Source of the DNA: Holosporaceae bacterium
GTDB taxonomy: Bacteria > Pseudomonadota > Alphaproteobacteria > UBA3830
NCBI GenBank assembly: GCA_031276565.1
Contig: JAISMS010000060.1
Location: 1-59,815, forward strand
Length of the DNA: 59,815 nt
Direction of reading: 5' to 3'
Part shown: piece by piece, positions 29,066-38,297 of the stretch
Numbering within the stretch: position 1 is the first letter of the stretch
Layout of the letters: every line of letters begins with the position of its first letter
The notes under the pieces: model-generated
What the model was told of the DNA's origin: nothing
What the model saw: only the letters and a program-made list of their open reading frames with translations
Database searches by the model: none
Made by a program: the position numbers and the translations under genes

Positions 29066-29889
29066 TAAAATTTGATAAAATGCAGTCGTTAGGTAATGAT
29101 TTTGTGATGGTGGATTTAGATCAGTTTTCTCGGAAGCCGCTTTGGGGAGCGGATTTTTTCCGAAAAATTTGTGACAGAAATTACGGCATCGGCTGCGATA
29201 CAGCCGTTCTTTATCAAAAATCGAACGACGGTTCCCAAGTGCAGGCGGAATTTTTTAACGCGGACGGAAGCGAAGCCGAAATTTGCGGCAATGCCGCCCG
29301 CTGCCTCGGATCGTTGATGAAAGAGCGTTACGGAAAACCGAAGTTTCTGCTGAAAGCCGGCGGAAAAATCTGTCCGATTCTGGCGGAAGATGAAATCTCC
29401 GTCGACATGGGAAAGCCGAGCTTCGATCCGGAAGATATCGGATTTTCCAAACCCGTTCCGGATCCGCTTTCCGTGACCGAGCACTTGCCCTGCGATGCGG
29501 ACGTATCGGTCGCCTCCTGCATTTCCGTAGGAAATCCGCACCTGGTTTTGTTTGTCCCGGAAGCGCCGACGGCGGAAAGGACGGCGTCTCTGGCTAAAAT
29601 GTCGGAAAATTCTCTGTTTAGAAATAAAATAAATGTTTCGGCAGCCTTTGTGAAATCGGAAAACGAGATTATTCTGTCGGTTTTCGAGCGCGGAGCGGGA
29701 CCGACCCTCGCCTGCGGCAGCGGAGCATGTGCCGCCGTTGCCGTTGCCCGTCTCAAAGGGCTCGTAAAATCAGAAAAAGTTCGAGTGTATCAAAGAGGAG
29801 GAATCCTGACCGTTTCCGTCGACAACGAAGGAAACATTCTTCAAAGCGGACCGGCCTCTTTTGTTTTTTGCGGAGAAATATATTTGTGA
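29056..29889 (+). CDS. dapF: diaminopimelate epimerase
   Basis: Motifs [13 protein letters not shown], the first catalytic Cys region [15 protein letters not shown] and the second catalytic region [16 protein letters not shown] are present. Confidence 0.9.
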   Translation: MLLIKFDKMQSLGNDFVMVDLDQFSRKPLWGADFFRKICDRNYGIGCDTAVLYQKSNDGSQVQAEFFNADGSEAEICGNAARCLGSLMKERYGKPKFLLKAGGKICPILAEDEISVDMGKPSFDPEDIGFSKPVPDPLSVTEHLPCDADVSVASCISVGNPHLVLFVPEAPTAERTASLAKMSENSLFRNKINVSAAFVKSENEIILSVFERGAGPTLACGSGACAAVAVARLKGLVKSEKVRVYQRGGILTVSVDNEGNILQSGPASFVFCGEIYL

Positions 29890-30329
29890 AACGAGTTAAA
29901 ATTTATACGGACGGAGCGTGCAGCGGCAATCCCGGCCCCGGAGGGTGGGGAGCCCTGATCATTTGCGGATTGAACGAGAAAGAATTATGCGGTGTGGAAG
30001 GCAACACCACCAACAACCGCATGGAACTTATGTCCGCCATCAAAGGACTGGAAGCGCTGAAGGAGCCTTGCATCGTGGATCTTTATACGGACAGTAAATA
30101 TCTGGCGGAGGGAATGACTCGTTGGATGAGCAACTGGATAAAGAATAATTGGCTGACTTCGGAAAAGAAGGCCGTAAAGAACAAAGAGCTGTGGTTGAAA
30201 CTTTGTGAACTTGCGGAGCGCCATGAAATTTCCTGGCATTGGGTTAAGGGACATGCCGGCGACGAATATAACGAACGCGCCGACAAACTGGCCGCCTCCC
30301 TGTGCAAAAAAACCGACGACGATTCCTGA
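29886..30329 (+). CDS. rnhA: ribonuclease HI
   Basis: Motifs [31 protein letters not shown] and [18 protein letters not shown] are present. The GTG start at 29886 overlaps the dapF TGA (gtga). Confidence 0.9.
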   Translation: MKRVKIYTDGACSGNPGPGGWGALIICGLNEKELCGVEGNTTNNRMELMSAIKGLEALKEPCIVDLYTDSKYLAEGMTRWMSNWIKNNWLTSEKKAVKNKELWLKLCELAERHEISWHWVKGHAGDEYNERADKLAASLCKKTDDDS

Positions 30330-30411
30330 AATCGCCTCACGGCGAATCCCCCATAAATAAATGTAATTTTCGATTCTTCGATATATACTGTATCGTAACG
30401 GGAGTTGTTTT

Positions 30412-32883
30412 GTGCTTACTTCGTCCGAGTTGATAAGTCTGGTTAAAGAGTATGATCCGAATGCAAACGAGGATCTTCTGAGAAAGGCTTATGTGTTTGC
30501 GATGGAAGCTCACGGAATCCAGAAAAGAGCTTCGGGATCTCCGTACTTTTACCATCCGGCCGAGGTGGCCCGCTTTTTGGCGGAACTGAAGCTGGATATG
30601 CAAACCGTCGTCACCGGCCTTCTGCATGACGTTCTGGAGGATACCAACGTCACTTTCGAAGAACTCGAGGAAATTTTCGGAGCGGAAATCGCATTCCTGG
30701 TGGACGGCGTTACGAAATTATCGAAAATCCACTACACCTCCTCCCAAAGCCATCAGGCGGAAAATTTCAGAAAATTCCTCATAGCCATATCCCAGGATCT
30801 TCGGGTGCTGATAGTAAAACTGGTCGATCGGCTCAGCAACATGCGCACTCTGAATTACGTCATTTCCGCGGAAAAGAGAAAGCGAATCGCCCTGGAAACT
30901 TTGGAAATCTACGCTCCCCTTGCGGAGCGCATAGGTATGAACATCATCAAAGACGAGATAGAGGATTTGGCATTCTATAACCTTCACCCGAACGAATACA
31001 GCGCCATATCCATGAAATTGGATCAAATCCGAAGCAAAGACCACAATTTCGTGCAAAACACCATACTGGAATTAAGAAAAGTGCTGAAAGACTCCGGCAT
31101 CAACGCCAACATAAGCGGCCGGGAGAAGAAAATCTATTCCATTTGGAAAAAAATGCAAAGACGCAACGCATCCCTCGAGCAAATAAACGATATCGTGGCT
31201 TTTCGGGTAATTGTCGACACGGTGGCGAATTGCTACGCCTCTCTGGGGGTAATCCACACGAAATATCAGATAATGCCGGGAAGATTCAAGGACTACATAA
31301 GCATCCCGAAATTGAACAATTACCGTTCGCTGCACACCACCGTAATAGGGCCCCAGAAACAACCCGTAGAAATCCAGATAAGAACGACGGAAATGCATCG
31401 CATAGCGGACGAGGGAATCGCCGTCCACTGGTCCTATAAGAACGACGAAGTAATCCCGCTGGAGGATCCGAGAAAATACAACTGGATTAAAAGTCTGCTC
31501 ACAATTCTGCAAAGTTCCGACAATCCGGAAGAAGCAATGGACAATTCGAAGCTGGAGATGTTCGAAAACGAAGTCTTTTGCTTCACTCCCGACGGAGACT
31601 TGATCACTCTGCCGCGCGGCGCCACCGCCGTCGACTTCGCCTACGAGATCCATACGGACGTCGGGAACACCTGCATCGGGGCTAAAATCAACGGCAAAAT
31701 AGTACCGCTCAGAACGGTGCTGAGAAACGGCGATCAGGTAGATATCATTACGTCGTTGGATCAGCACCCGAAGGCCGCATGGGAAAGTTTTGTTACAACC
31801 GGCAAAGCAAAAGCCTGTATAAAGAAATTCATAAAAGCGCAGGAAAAAGCAGAATTTACGGTGCTGGGTCTGCAGCTGACGAAATACATTTTCGCCTCAA
31901 ACGACGCGTCTTTCGACGAAAATCCTTTGGATCCGAAAAAATTTTCCTGCGATTCGCCGAACAAATTTTACTATCACATAGGCAAGGGAATTATTTCGCT
32001 CAACGCCGTGCACACATTACTGCCGGAGCGGAAAACGCCTTCTCTTCACGTTAATGAGCCCTCCCTATGCCTGCTGGATTTCACCCCCGGAATTGCCGTA
32101 CATTTCGCCGAATGCTGCCATCCGATTCTCGGAGACAGAATAATAGGCGCACTGGTTCGGCATAAGGGTTTGATGGTGCATGTCACCAGCTGCGACCGCA
32201 TAGAAAGAACCGCCGGCAGCTTCATAAGAGTAAAATGGAACCAGGACGACAGGAGCGACGCGGAGTTCATCGCCAGATTGAGCATAGTGATGTCGAACGA
32301 AACCGAAAGTTTTGCAACCATCACAAACGTCATCAGCTTCAACGAAGCTGACATAACCAACCTTAAAGTGGAACATCGATCCGCAGACTTTTTCGATCTT
32401 TTGGTGGACATAAAAGTTAAAAACGTCGCCCATTTAGGGGAAGTTCAGGCCGCTTTGAGAACATGCCCCGCCGTAAAGTCCGTCAGGAAAATGTCGCCGC
32501 CTTTATTGTATCTGACGCTCCAGTTTCTTCTTATCGATTTTGGCGATAATCACGTCTTTGAATTTTTTCGGCAATTCCACGATACTGATCCAGTCGGGAT
32601 AATTGTTGTCGATTATCATGCCGGCAAGACTTTTCCGATTCCGACTCTCTTTCTTCTTCACCAGGATATAGGAGCTGTCCGTCGTTGTAAGTGCCGATTT
32701 TACGGCCTCGAAGCAATAGGGATCCTCCATAATCCGACGGGAAAAAATTATGCCTTTTCCCTGGCGATGATAGTTGGCGCCGACCGCATTATGTTTCGTG
32801 TAGTAGAGTATGGAAGGTCCGGCGTCGGTGTCGGCCATTATGACGACGGGATCTTCGCTAAGAGCGTCGACGACTTCGTATAA
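30412..32883 (+). CDS. spoT: bifunctional (p)ppGpp synthetase/hydrolase (RelA/SpoT homologue) with an unusually long 3' read-through
   Basis: The HD domain (HGIQKRASGSPYFYHPAEVA...LLHDVLEDT), synthetase domain (RVIV...YRSLHTTV), TGS and ACT regions are present. The GTG-start ORF has no stop near the usual end (...AVKSVRK) and continues about 125 codons antisense into the next gene. Confidence 0.9.
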   Translation: MLTSSELISLVKEYDPNANEDLLRKAYVFAMEAHGIQKRASGSPYFYHPAEVARFLAELKLDMQTVVTGLLHDVLEDTNVTFEELEEIFGAEIAFLVDGVTKLSKIHYTSSQSHQAENFRKFLIAISQDLRVLIVKLVDRLSNMRTLNYVISAEKRKRIALETLEIYAPLAERIGMNIIKDEIEDLAFYNLHPNEYSAISMKLDQIRSKDHNFVQNTILELRKVLKDSGINANISGREKKIYSIWKKMQRRNASLEQINDIVAFRVIVDTVANCYASLGVIHTKYQIMPGRFKDYISIPKLNNYRSLHTTVIGPQKQPVEIQIRTTEMHRIADEGIAVHWSYKNDEVIPLEDPRKYNWIKSLLTILQSSDNPEEAMDNSKLEMFENEVFCFTPDGDLITLPRGATAVDFAYEIHTDVGNTCIGAKINGKIVPLRTVLRNGDQVDIITSLDQHPKAAWESFVTTGKAKACIKKFIKAQEKAEFTVLGLQLTKYIFASNDASFDENPLDPKKFSCDSPNKFYYHIGKGIISLNAVHTLLPERKTPSLHVNEPSLCLLDFTPGIAVHFAECCHPILGDRIIGALVRHKGLMVHVTSCDRIERTAGSFIRVKWNQDDRSDAEFIARLSIVMSNETESFATITNVISFNEADITNLKVEHRSADFFDLLVDIKVKNVAHLGEVQAALRTCPAVKSVRKMSPPLLYLTLQFLLIDFGDNHVFEFFRQFHDTDPVGIIVVDYHAGKTFPIPTLFLLHQDIGAVRRCKCRFYGLEAIGILHNPTGKNYAFSLAMIVGADRIMFRVVEYGRSGVGVGHYDDGIFAKSVDDFV

Positions 32884-34404
32884 CTCCTTCGCGGTGCTGA
32901 TCGACATCGAGTCCGTTGCGTTTTTCCCCGAATCGAAGAAAAAGTGAAGCATCAGCAAAAATATCAGAAGGAAAAAACTCAGTATTATTCGGTACAGCCG
33001 ATGGAGAGATTTCGTCAGATCGCAGTTCATGATGAAATTAACCGCAAACGGTATCCCGAACAGCAGCGCGTAGGGAAACATTCTGTAGGCCATCGCGCCA
33101 AAAACCGTATAGCACGCGGCATTGGTCGCCGTAATCATCCGCATCAGATTTTGCCCGGTAAGTTTTCGGTCTTCGGGTTTCAGGAAATTGCCCGCGATGA
33201 ACAGCAGCAGGAGAATGTCGAAAATCGCAAAAATAATACCGTTGTCGCCGACTATCGGAGATCGCATTTCGGCAATTTTACTTAACCACGGCTTCAGTTG
33301 CGGATCGAGATTTCCCTCCATGCCGTTTAAAAAGTACGGATACTTCTGCAGAAACGCCAAAATTATAATTCCGGGCCATATTATTGTTCTTATTATCCGA
33401 CTCATGGGAGTGAATTCGTTGTCGACGGCATTCATTCCTAAACAAATGCAGCTGCAGACGTAAAGCGCCGCGTGCATCGCGGATATTTTGTCGTATTCGG
33501 TCGGTCCCAGGCCGGAAAACAGCAGAATTGCAGCCGGAACGGCAAAGATATGCCAACGGCGGGTAATCGAATTCGGGATTCTGTCAGACAGAACATAAGG
33601 AATCGTCGTCGCCAGAAGACAAACCGTCGAGAAACTCTCCGATGTCGAGGGCGGAGGCAGGAGGGCTATTATCCCCGTCCAGAAAGATATGAGCGCGTTT
33701 TTGTCGCAGAGAGCCTTCAGCACTGTTTGGCGATTCGATTTTTCCGCGCCGAAAAGCGCGAAATAAACCGAAACGACGTCTGTCAGCAGAAGAGGAATCA
33801 GCATTTCCGGCGATATCCAGATGCAAATCGCGCTCACGATCGCAGTTTTCAGAATGCAAATTTGATTTTTGAAACCCGACTCGACAAGATCCGCCACAGA
33901 GCGAAGAAAAATCACCGTAAACAGCATTATGAAAGCGTGATGATCGGCGCGTCCCAAAATTCCGTAAACGGCAAGGTAGGGATGCGCGACGAATATCCCG
34001 GCCGCCAGAAAAGCGTCGCTCCTTTTCATTGATTTCAGCAGCAGGTTGAAAAAAAGAACGACGGTTATGCATTTGACGACGGGACTGATCAGAAAACCGA
34101 CGTATTCCGCGGCCTCGTTGACGGAATCAATAAAGATATTCAGGATATAAGTCGGAACAATTATAAAAAAATCGTAAAATCGGGTCCAGTGAAGACAACA
34201 GCCGTAGGGAACGTTACATCGCGAGATAACATTATTCGACAAATCGCGATGATCGAAAAATTCCCTTACCCTTACCAGTCGCATATAGTCGTCCGTATCC
34301 GAAAAGAATATATGGAAACCGTACATTTGCAGATAGAAGACGACGCTTATGAAAACGCAAAGTACCACAAGCAACAACATTTCTGTTCGATTTTTTTGCA
34401 ACAT
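32503..34404 (-). CDS. polytopic membrane protein, GT-C-fold glycosyltransferase-like (STT3/AglB/PglB- or ArnT-like)
   Basis: The 633-aa protein has at least 10 hydrophobic segments. The first loop reads SDTDDYMRLVRVREF...NVPYGCCLHWTRFYD. The C-terminal soluble domain starts VIMADTDAGPSILYYTKHNAVGANYH. The family assignment is by eye only. Confidence 0.45.
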   Translation of the reverse strand: MLQKNRTEMLLLVVLCVFISVVFYLQMYGFHIFFSDTDDYMRLVRVREFFDHRDLSNNVISRCNVPYGCCLHWTRFYDFFIIVPTYILNIFIDSVNEAAEYVGFLISPVVKCITVVLFFNLLLKSMKRSDAFLAAGIFVAHPYLAVYGILGRADHHAFIMLFTVIFLRSVADLVESGFKNQICILKTAIVSAICIWISPEMLIPLLLTDVVSVYFALFGAEKSNRQTVLKALCDKNALISFWTGIIALLPPPSTSESFSTVCLLATTIPYVLSDRIPNSITRRWHIFAVPAAILLFSGLGPTEYDKISAMHAALYVCSCICLGMNAVDNEFTPMSRIIRTIIWPGIIILAFLQKYPYFLNGMEGNLDPQLKPWLSKIAEMRSPIVGDNGIIFAIFDILLLLFIAGNFLKPEDRKLTGQNLMRMITATNAACYTVFGAMAYRMFPYALLFGIPFAVNFIMNCDLTKSLHRLYRIILSFFLLIFLLMLHFFFDSGKNATDSMSISTAKELYEVVDALSEDPVVIMADTDAGPSILYYTKHNAVGANYHRQGKGIIFSRRIMEDPYCFEAVKSALTTTDSSYILVKKKESRNRKSLAGMIIDNNYPDWISIVELPKKFKDVIIAKIDKKKLERQIQ

Positions 34405-34660
34405 TGATATTCCTGCGAAATTACCGGTCAGATATTACTGTTTCGAGCCGAATTTATGCAAGAGAATATCGTGTAATATTTCATATAAAATCACAATAAT
34501 TATACATAAAAATTTGGAGAAAATGCTAAAAATAAAGCGTAGGATTGTCGGCGGTTCTTAATTCCCGTCGGCAGAAACTGTAGTAACTTGAATCATTTGT
34601 CGCGCAAAATTTTCCTGTACAATCTTCGTCTGCTTTTTTATATTAGTTTAGTTAATTTTT

Positions 34661-36295
34661 ATGAATATTATGAGTAATTTTCTCTGTTATTTTTCATGGG
34701 CGGCGGTCGCGCTTCTGGCGGGATGCGTTACGCTAAAAGATGCGAGAACGCCCCAACAGGAAAATTTGAATCCCGAAGCCCTGAATGCGATAACGTCTCC
34801 GGCGGACGATTTCATGTCGGACGCGGAAATCGAAGAACTGACGGAGGAGGAAACCGACGAAGATCCGAAGCCGGGAGAAAATTTCTACCGGCGAATTTCG
34901 ATTTCCGCCACCGAAAACATGAAAATGCGGGAAATCCTCACCAAAATGGCCGACCTGGCCGGCATTAACGTTTTCATCGTGCAGGACGTTGAAGGCAGCA
35001 TTTCTTTTTCGGCCAAAGATCGGCCGTTTTTGGACATATTAAACGACATTTGCAGCAGCGCCGGATTGAAATACTCCGTCAACGGCAACTCCGTAAAGAT
35101 CGAGATTGATACTCCCATGCTGAAAATCTACGACATGCAGTTTCTGAACATTCGGCGGGATACCCAGACTACGGTTTCCGTCTCCACGGATATTTTCATG
35201 AACCAATCCGTGGGAACAAAACCGGATGCAAAGGCCTCCGGACCGTCCAACAACGGATCCGGCAGCTGTATATCCGGAGCCGCCAAAAGCGACTTTTGGT
35301 CTGAGTTGGAGACCTCTTTAAAGTCCATCATGGGAAACGTCGAAAATTCGTATCTCTCCGTACATAAACAGGGCGGACTGATAACGGTTTATGCTCCCCA
35401 AAGCAAACACAACGAAATAAAGAAATACCTGCGTCTCCTGAAGGACAACGCCGAATCCCAGGTGCTGATCGAAGCGAAAATCCTGGAGGTACGCCTGAGC
35501 GACGAATACAAAAGCGGCATCAATTGGAATATCCTGCGGGACGGCGGCGCAAAGCTGGACAGAAAATTCTTGCATGACGGGATGATTTCCTTCGGCGTGG
35601 ACAGAACGGGCCTGAACGCGGTTGCCGGACTGATCGAAAAATTCGGTTCGGTAAAAACTCTCTCCAGTCCGAGAATTACCGTCATGAACAACCAAACCGC
35701 CGTACTGAAAGTCACCAACAACGAAGTGATCTATATTCCGGAGCTGCAAAGACAATACGCCACCGTCGCCGATAACCGCAGTACGGATTTTCTGTCCACG
35801 ACCATCCGCACAATACCGGAAGGACTTATGATGTCCGTTTTGCCTTCGGTGGACAGGAAAAGTAACACGATCCTGCTGAGTTTGCGCCCCACCGTTTCCA
35901 AAATCATAAGCTACAAAGAAGTGCCGTTTCTGTATCAGACCGTGACTTTTACGGGCAGGCAAACCGACAATAAGAGCATGGAACTTCAATCCTGCAAAAT
36001 TCCCGTCATCGCCGTGCGGGAGCTGGATTCAGTTCTGAGACTCAATTCCGGACAGATCGTCGTCATGGGCGGCCTGATGCGGGAAGTTTCCCAAAATAAC
36101 AGAGACGGTTTGCCCGGACTTTCGGAGACGGATTTATTCTTCGGCAGCAGTGAAAAAACCACGGAAGTGACGGAGTTGGTCATTTTCCTTCGGGCGACTA
36201 TTTTGCGGAAAGGAAGGCGGGTCCACCATAACGCGGATAAAAAGATCTATGACAAATTCGCGCAGGATCCGAGGCCGCTAAGGTTTGAACAATGA
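34661..36295 (+). CDS. secretin family outer-membrane channel (type IV pilus/MSHA MshL-like), lipoprotein signal
   Basis: It has the lipobox LLAGC and secretin-domain motifs VLIEAKILEVRLSDEYKSGINW, LSSPRITVMNNQTAVLKV and IPVIAVRELDSVLRLNSGQIVVMGGL...DGLPGLS...ELVIFLRATIL. Confidence 0.85.
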   Translation: MNIMSNFLCYFSWAAVALLAGCVTLKDARTPQQENLNPEALNAITSPADDFMSDAEIEELTEEETDEDPKPGENFYRRISISATENMKMREILTKMADLAGINVFIVQDVEGSISFSAKDRPFLDILNDICSSAGLKYSVNGNSVKIEIDTPMLKIYDMQFLNIRRDTQTTVSVSTDIFMNQSVGTKPDAKASGPSNNGSGSCISGAAKSDFWSELETSLKSIMGNVENSYLSVHKQGGLITVYAPQSKHNEIKKYLRLLKDNAESQVLIEAKILEVRLSDEYKSGINWNILRDGGAKLDRKFLHDGMISFGVDRTGLNAVAGLIEKFGSVKTLSSPRITVMNNQTAVLKVTNNEVIYIPELQRQYATVADNRSTDFLSTTIRTIPEGLMMSVLPSVDRKSNTILLSLRPTVSKIISYKEVPFLYQTVTFTGRQTDNKSMELQSCKIPVIAVRELDSVLRLNSGQIVVMGGLMREVSQNNRDGLPGLSETDLFFGSSEKTTEVTELVIFLRATILRKGRRVHHNADKKIYDKFAQDPRPLRFEQ

Positions 36296-36930
36296 TTTTT
36301 TCGTCGAAACAAAACAGAGGCTTTTCTCTTGTGGAGGTCGCCATTGCGATTGCGGTGATCGGCCTGATCGCCGGATTTGCGCTGAAGGGAAGAGAACTGA
36401 TCCGCGTCGCCGGATTAAGAGCGGCGGGCGATCAGGTGAACGCATTCAGAGTGGCGATCCGGAGTTTCGTCGATAAATACGGAGCGTTGCCGGGAGATTT
36501 CGCCAACGCCCGGGAAATGATCGGCGATTCTTTGCAAAACGGTCGCGGAGACGGAATCATATCCTCTCCGGAAGATGCAAAATTATTCTGGAAGCATTTG
36601 GAGGCGGCTGATTTGATAAGTTTTGAGACCGTTAACGGATATCCGATCTCTAAAGCGGGCGGATTCTACAGCGTTTCTTCCGTCGTTTCCGGTTGTCCCG
36701 GAACGTGGATCATCCTGTGCGGCGGCACAAGCGACAATCGGAATTTTGTCGGCGCATTGTCGCCGGAAGACGCATTTTGCATAGACAAAAACAACGACGA
36801 CGGCAATCCGAATACGGGAGAAATACGGGCGATCAGATCTTCGACCGCGTCGGGAGAGTGCTTTGTCGGATCAAGGTATAATGTCAAAAATAAAAACAAA
36901 GATTGCGTACTTCTGTTCCGGATTTGGTAG
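36292..36930 (+). CDS. prepilin-type N-terminal cleavage/methylation domain protein (type IV pilin or pseudopilin)
   Basis: The class III signal is MIFSSKQNRG|FSLVEVAIAIAVIGLIAG with Glu at +5. It has an ATGA overlap with the secretin stop. Confidence 0.8.
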   Translation: MIFSSKQNRGFSLVEVAIAIAVIGLIAGFALKGRELIRVAGLRAAGDQVNAFRVAIRSFVDKYGALPGDFANAREMIGDSLQNGRGDGIISSPEDAKLFWKHLEAADLISFETVNGYPISKAGGFYSVSSVVSGCPGTWIILCGGTSDNRNFVGALSPEDAFCIDKNNDDGNPNTGEIRAIRSSTASGECFVGSRYNVKNKNKDCVLLFRIW

Positions 36931-37537
36931 GCGGCGCGGGTCGATTCTGCTGGAAATCGCAATAGCCCTATCCGTCATCGGTCTGATTTCCGGATTTTTC
37001 ATCACGAAAACCATCGCGGCCAACAGAGCAATGCGCGCTCAAATCACGAAAAACAACATCGAAACCGTGACGGTGGCTTTGGCTTCTTTCCTCGCCCACT
37101 GCAATCGATTGCCACGACCGTCGCCGAACAAAGGAGGCTATGAAGGAACGGAGACGGAGGATCTGACGGGATTTTCCGGAACGGTTCCGTTTCGCACCCT
37201 CGGAATACCGCTCAAATTCGCGACGGACGGCAACGGCAGACCTTTAGTCTACGCCGTGGAGCCGGGACTCACCTTAAATTTCCGAAGTATATATGAAAAG
37301 AGCACAAGCGCTTGCTTTTGCAATGAGATTCAGTCGCGCATAATTGTTGCCGGAGTCCTGCCCCCTGCGGGCAATCCCATTGCCTTCGTAATCGATACCG
37401 CCGACAATTCGCCTCGAGTATCGGACAGGATTTTCTTCAGAACCTCCCCGAATATCGTTTGGATTTTCAGAGACATGCTTCTGATGAAATATTTGAAAAG
37501 CGCCCCCTGCCGTCGGGAAGAACCGTGGATCCGTTGA
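36881..37537 (+). CDS. second prepilin-like protein (minor pilin/pseudopilin candidate)
   Basis: ...GRRRG|SILLEIAIALSVIGLISGFFI has Glu at +5 but Ser at +1. It overlaps the preceding pilin gene by 50 nt. Confidence 0.55.
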   Translation: MSKIKTKIAYFCSGFGRRRGSILLEIAIALSVIGLISGFFITKTIAANRAMRAQITKNNIETVTVALASFLAHCNRLPRPSPNKGGYEGTETEDLTGFSGTVPFRTLGIPLKFATDGNGRPLVYAVEPGLTLNFRSIYEKSTSACFCNEIQSRIIVAGVLPPAGNPIAFVIDTADNSPRVSDRIFFRTSPNIVWIFRDMLLMKYLKSAPCRREEPWIR

Positions 37538-37716
37538 TAATGCCGTCTCAAAAATTCGCCGTTTGTTGTTGCCAACATCACATAAGGCTTCGAGTGTAAT
37601 AACTTTCACGTTTTTAAATTCAAAATTCAGCTTTAGAATCCGCTTTTCCGTTGAACGGATCAACTCAAAACGGGTTAATTTTAAAGTTCGAATTTAAATT
37701 TATACCGATTTTCCTC

Positions 37717-37785
37717 TTTGCATTCTGAAAACCGCGATCGTGAGCGCGATTTATATCCGGATATCGCCGGAAATGCTGATTCCTC
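37717..37785 (+). repeat. 69-bp inverted copy (65/69 identical) of an internal segment of the GT-C gene (33792..33860); gene-fragment remnant
   Basis: tttgcattctgaaaaccgcgatcgtgagcgcgatttatatccggatatcgccggaaatgctgattcctc matches the reverse complement of 33792..33860. It translates to CILKTAIVSAIYIRISPEMLIP, against CILKTAIVSAICIWISPEMLIP in the gene, and then hits a stop. Confidence 0.85.
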
Positions 37786-37952
37786 GTGAATCCTGACGGA
37801 AGCAGGATGTTAACGTCCTCGAGGCGGAATTTAAATATTACGGGATGCAAACTTTGGGCGGCAGGAAATTAAGTCCTCTGCAGGCGTTTGTCGGCCCCGT
37901 TTGATTCCCTCTGAAAACGTGATATGTTGCAGCCGCAAATAAAAGGCTGATC

Positions 37953-38297
37953 ATGTACGATAAAAACAACATATTCCATAAAATCCTCCGGTCGGAGATT
38001 CCCGCAAAAATCATATACGAAGACGATACGGTTCTTTCATTCCACGACATAAATCCCGTGAGCAAAATTCACGCTCTGGTGATCACCAAAGGGCTGTACT
38101 CGGATTTCCCGGATTTTATCGCCCGAGCCTCGGCCGAGGAGGTGAAGCATTTTTTTGCGGCCGTCGCTAAAGTTGCCGAAATATTGGGTGTTTCCGAAAG
38201 CGGATATCGCATCCTCAGCAACGCCGGGCCGGATTCGGGACAGGAGGTGCCGCATTTCCACCTGCATATCCTGGGAGGAGAACGTCTTCGACGCTAG
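37953..38297 (+). CDS. hinT: HIT-family (histidine triad) nucleotide-binding protein
   Basis: IFHKILRSEIPAKIIYEDD...FHDINPVSKIHALVI...PHFHLHILGG contains the HxHxHxx triad. Confidence 0.85.
   Translation: MYDKNNIFHKILRSEIPAKIIYEDDTVLSFHDINPVSKIHALVITKGLYSDFPDFIARASAEEVKHFFAAVAKVAEILGVSESGYRILSNAGPDSGQEVPHFHLHILGGERLRR

Noticed and set aside
37665-37850. A 61-aa minus-strand ORF has a peptide (NQHFRRYPDINRAHDRGFQNA) that resembles one in ORF 33472..34032.
   Set aside because: Both are non-coding-frame readings of the 69-bp duplicated GT-C segment. The similarity comes from the DNA repeat and does not indicate a protein family.
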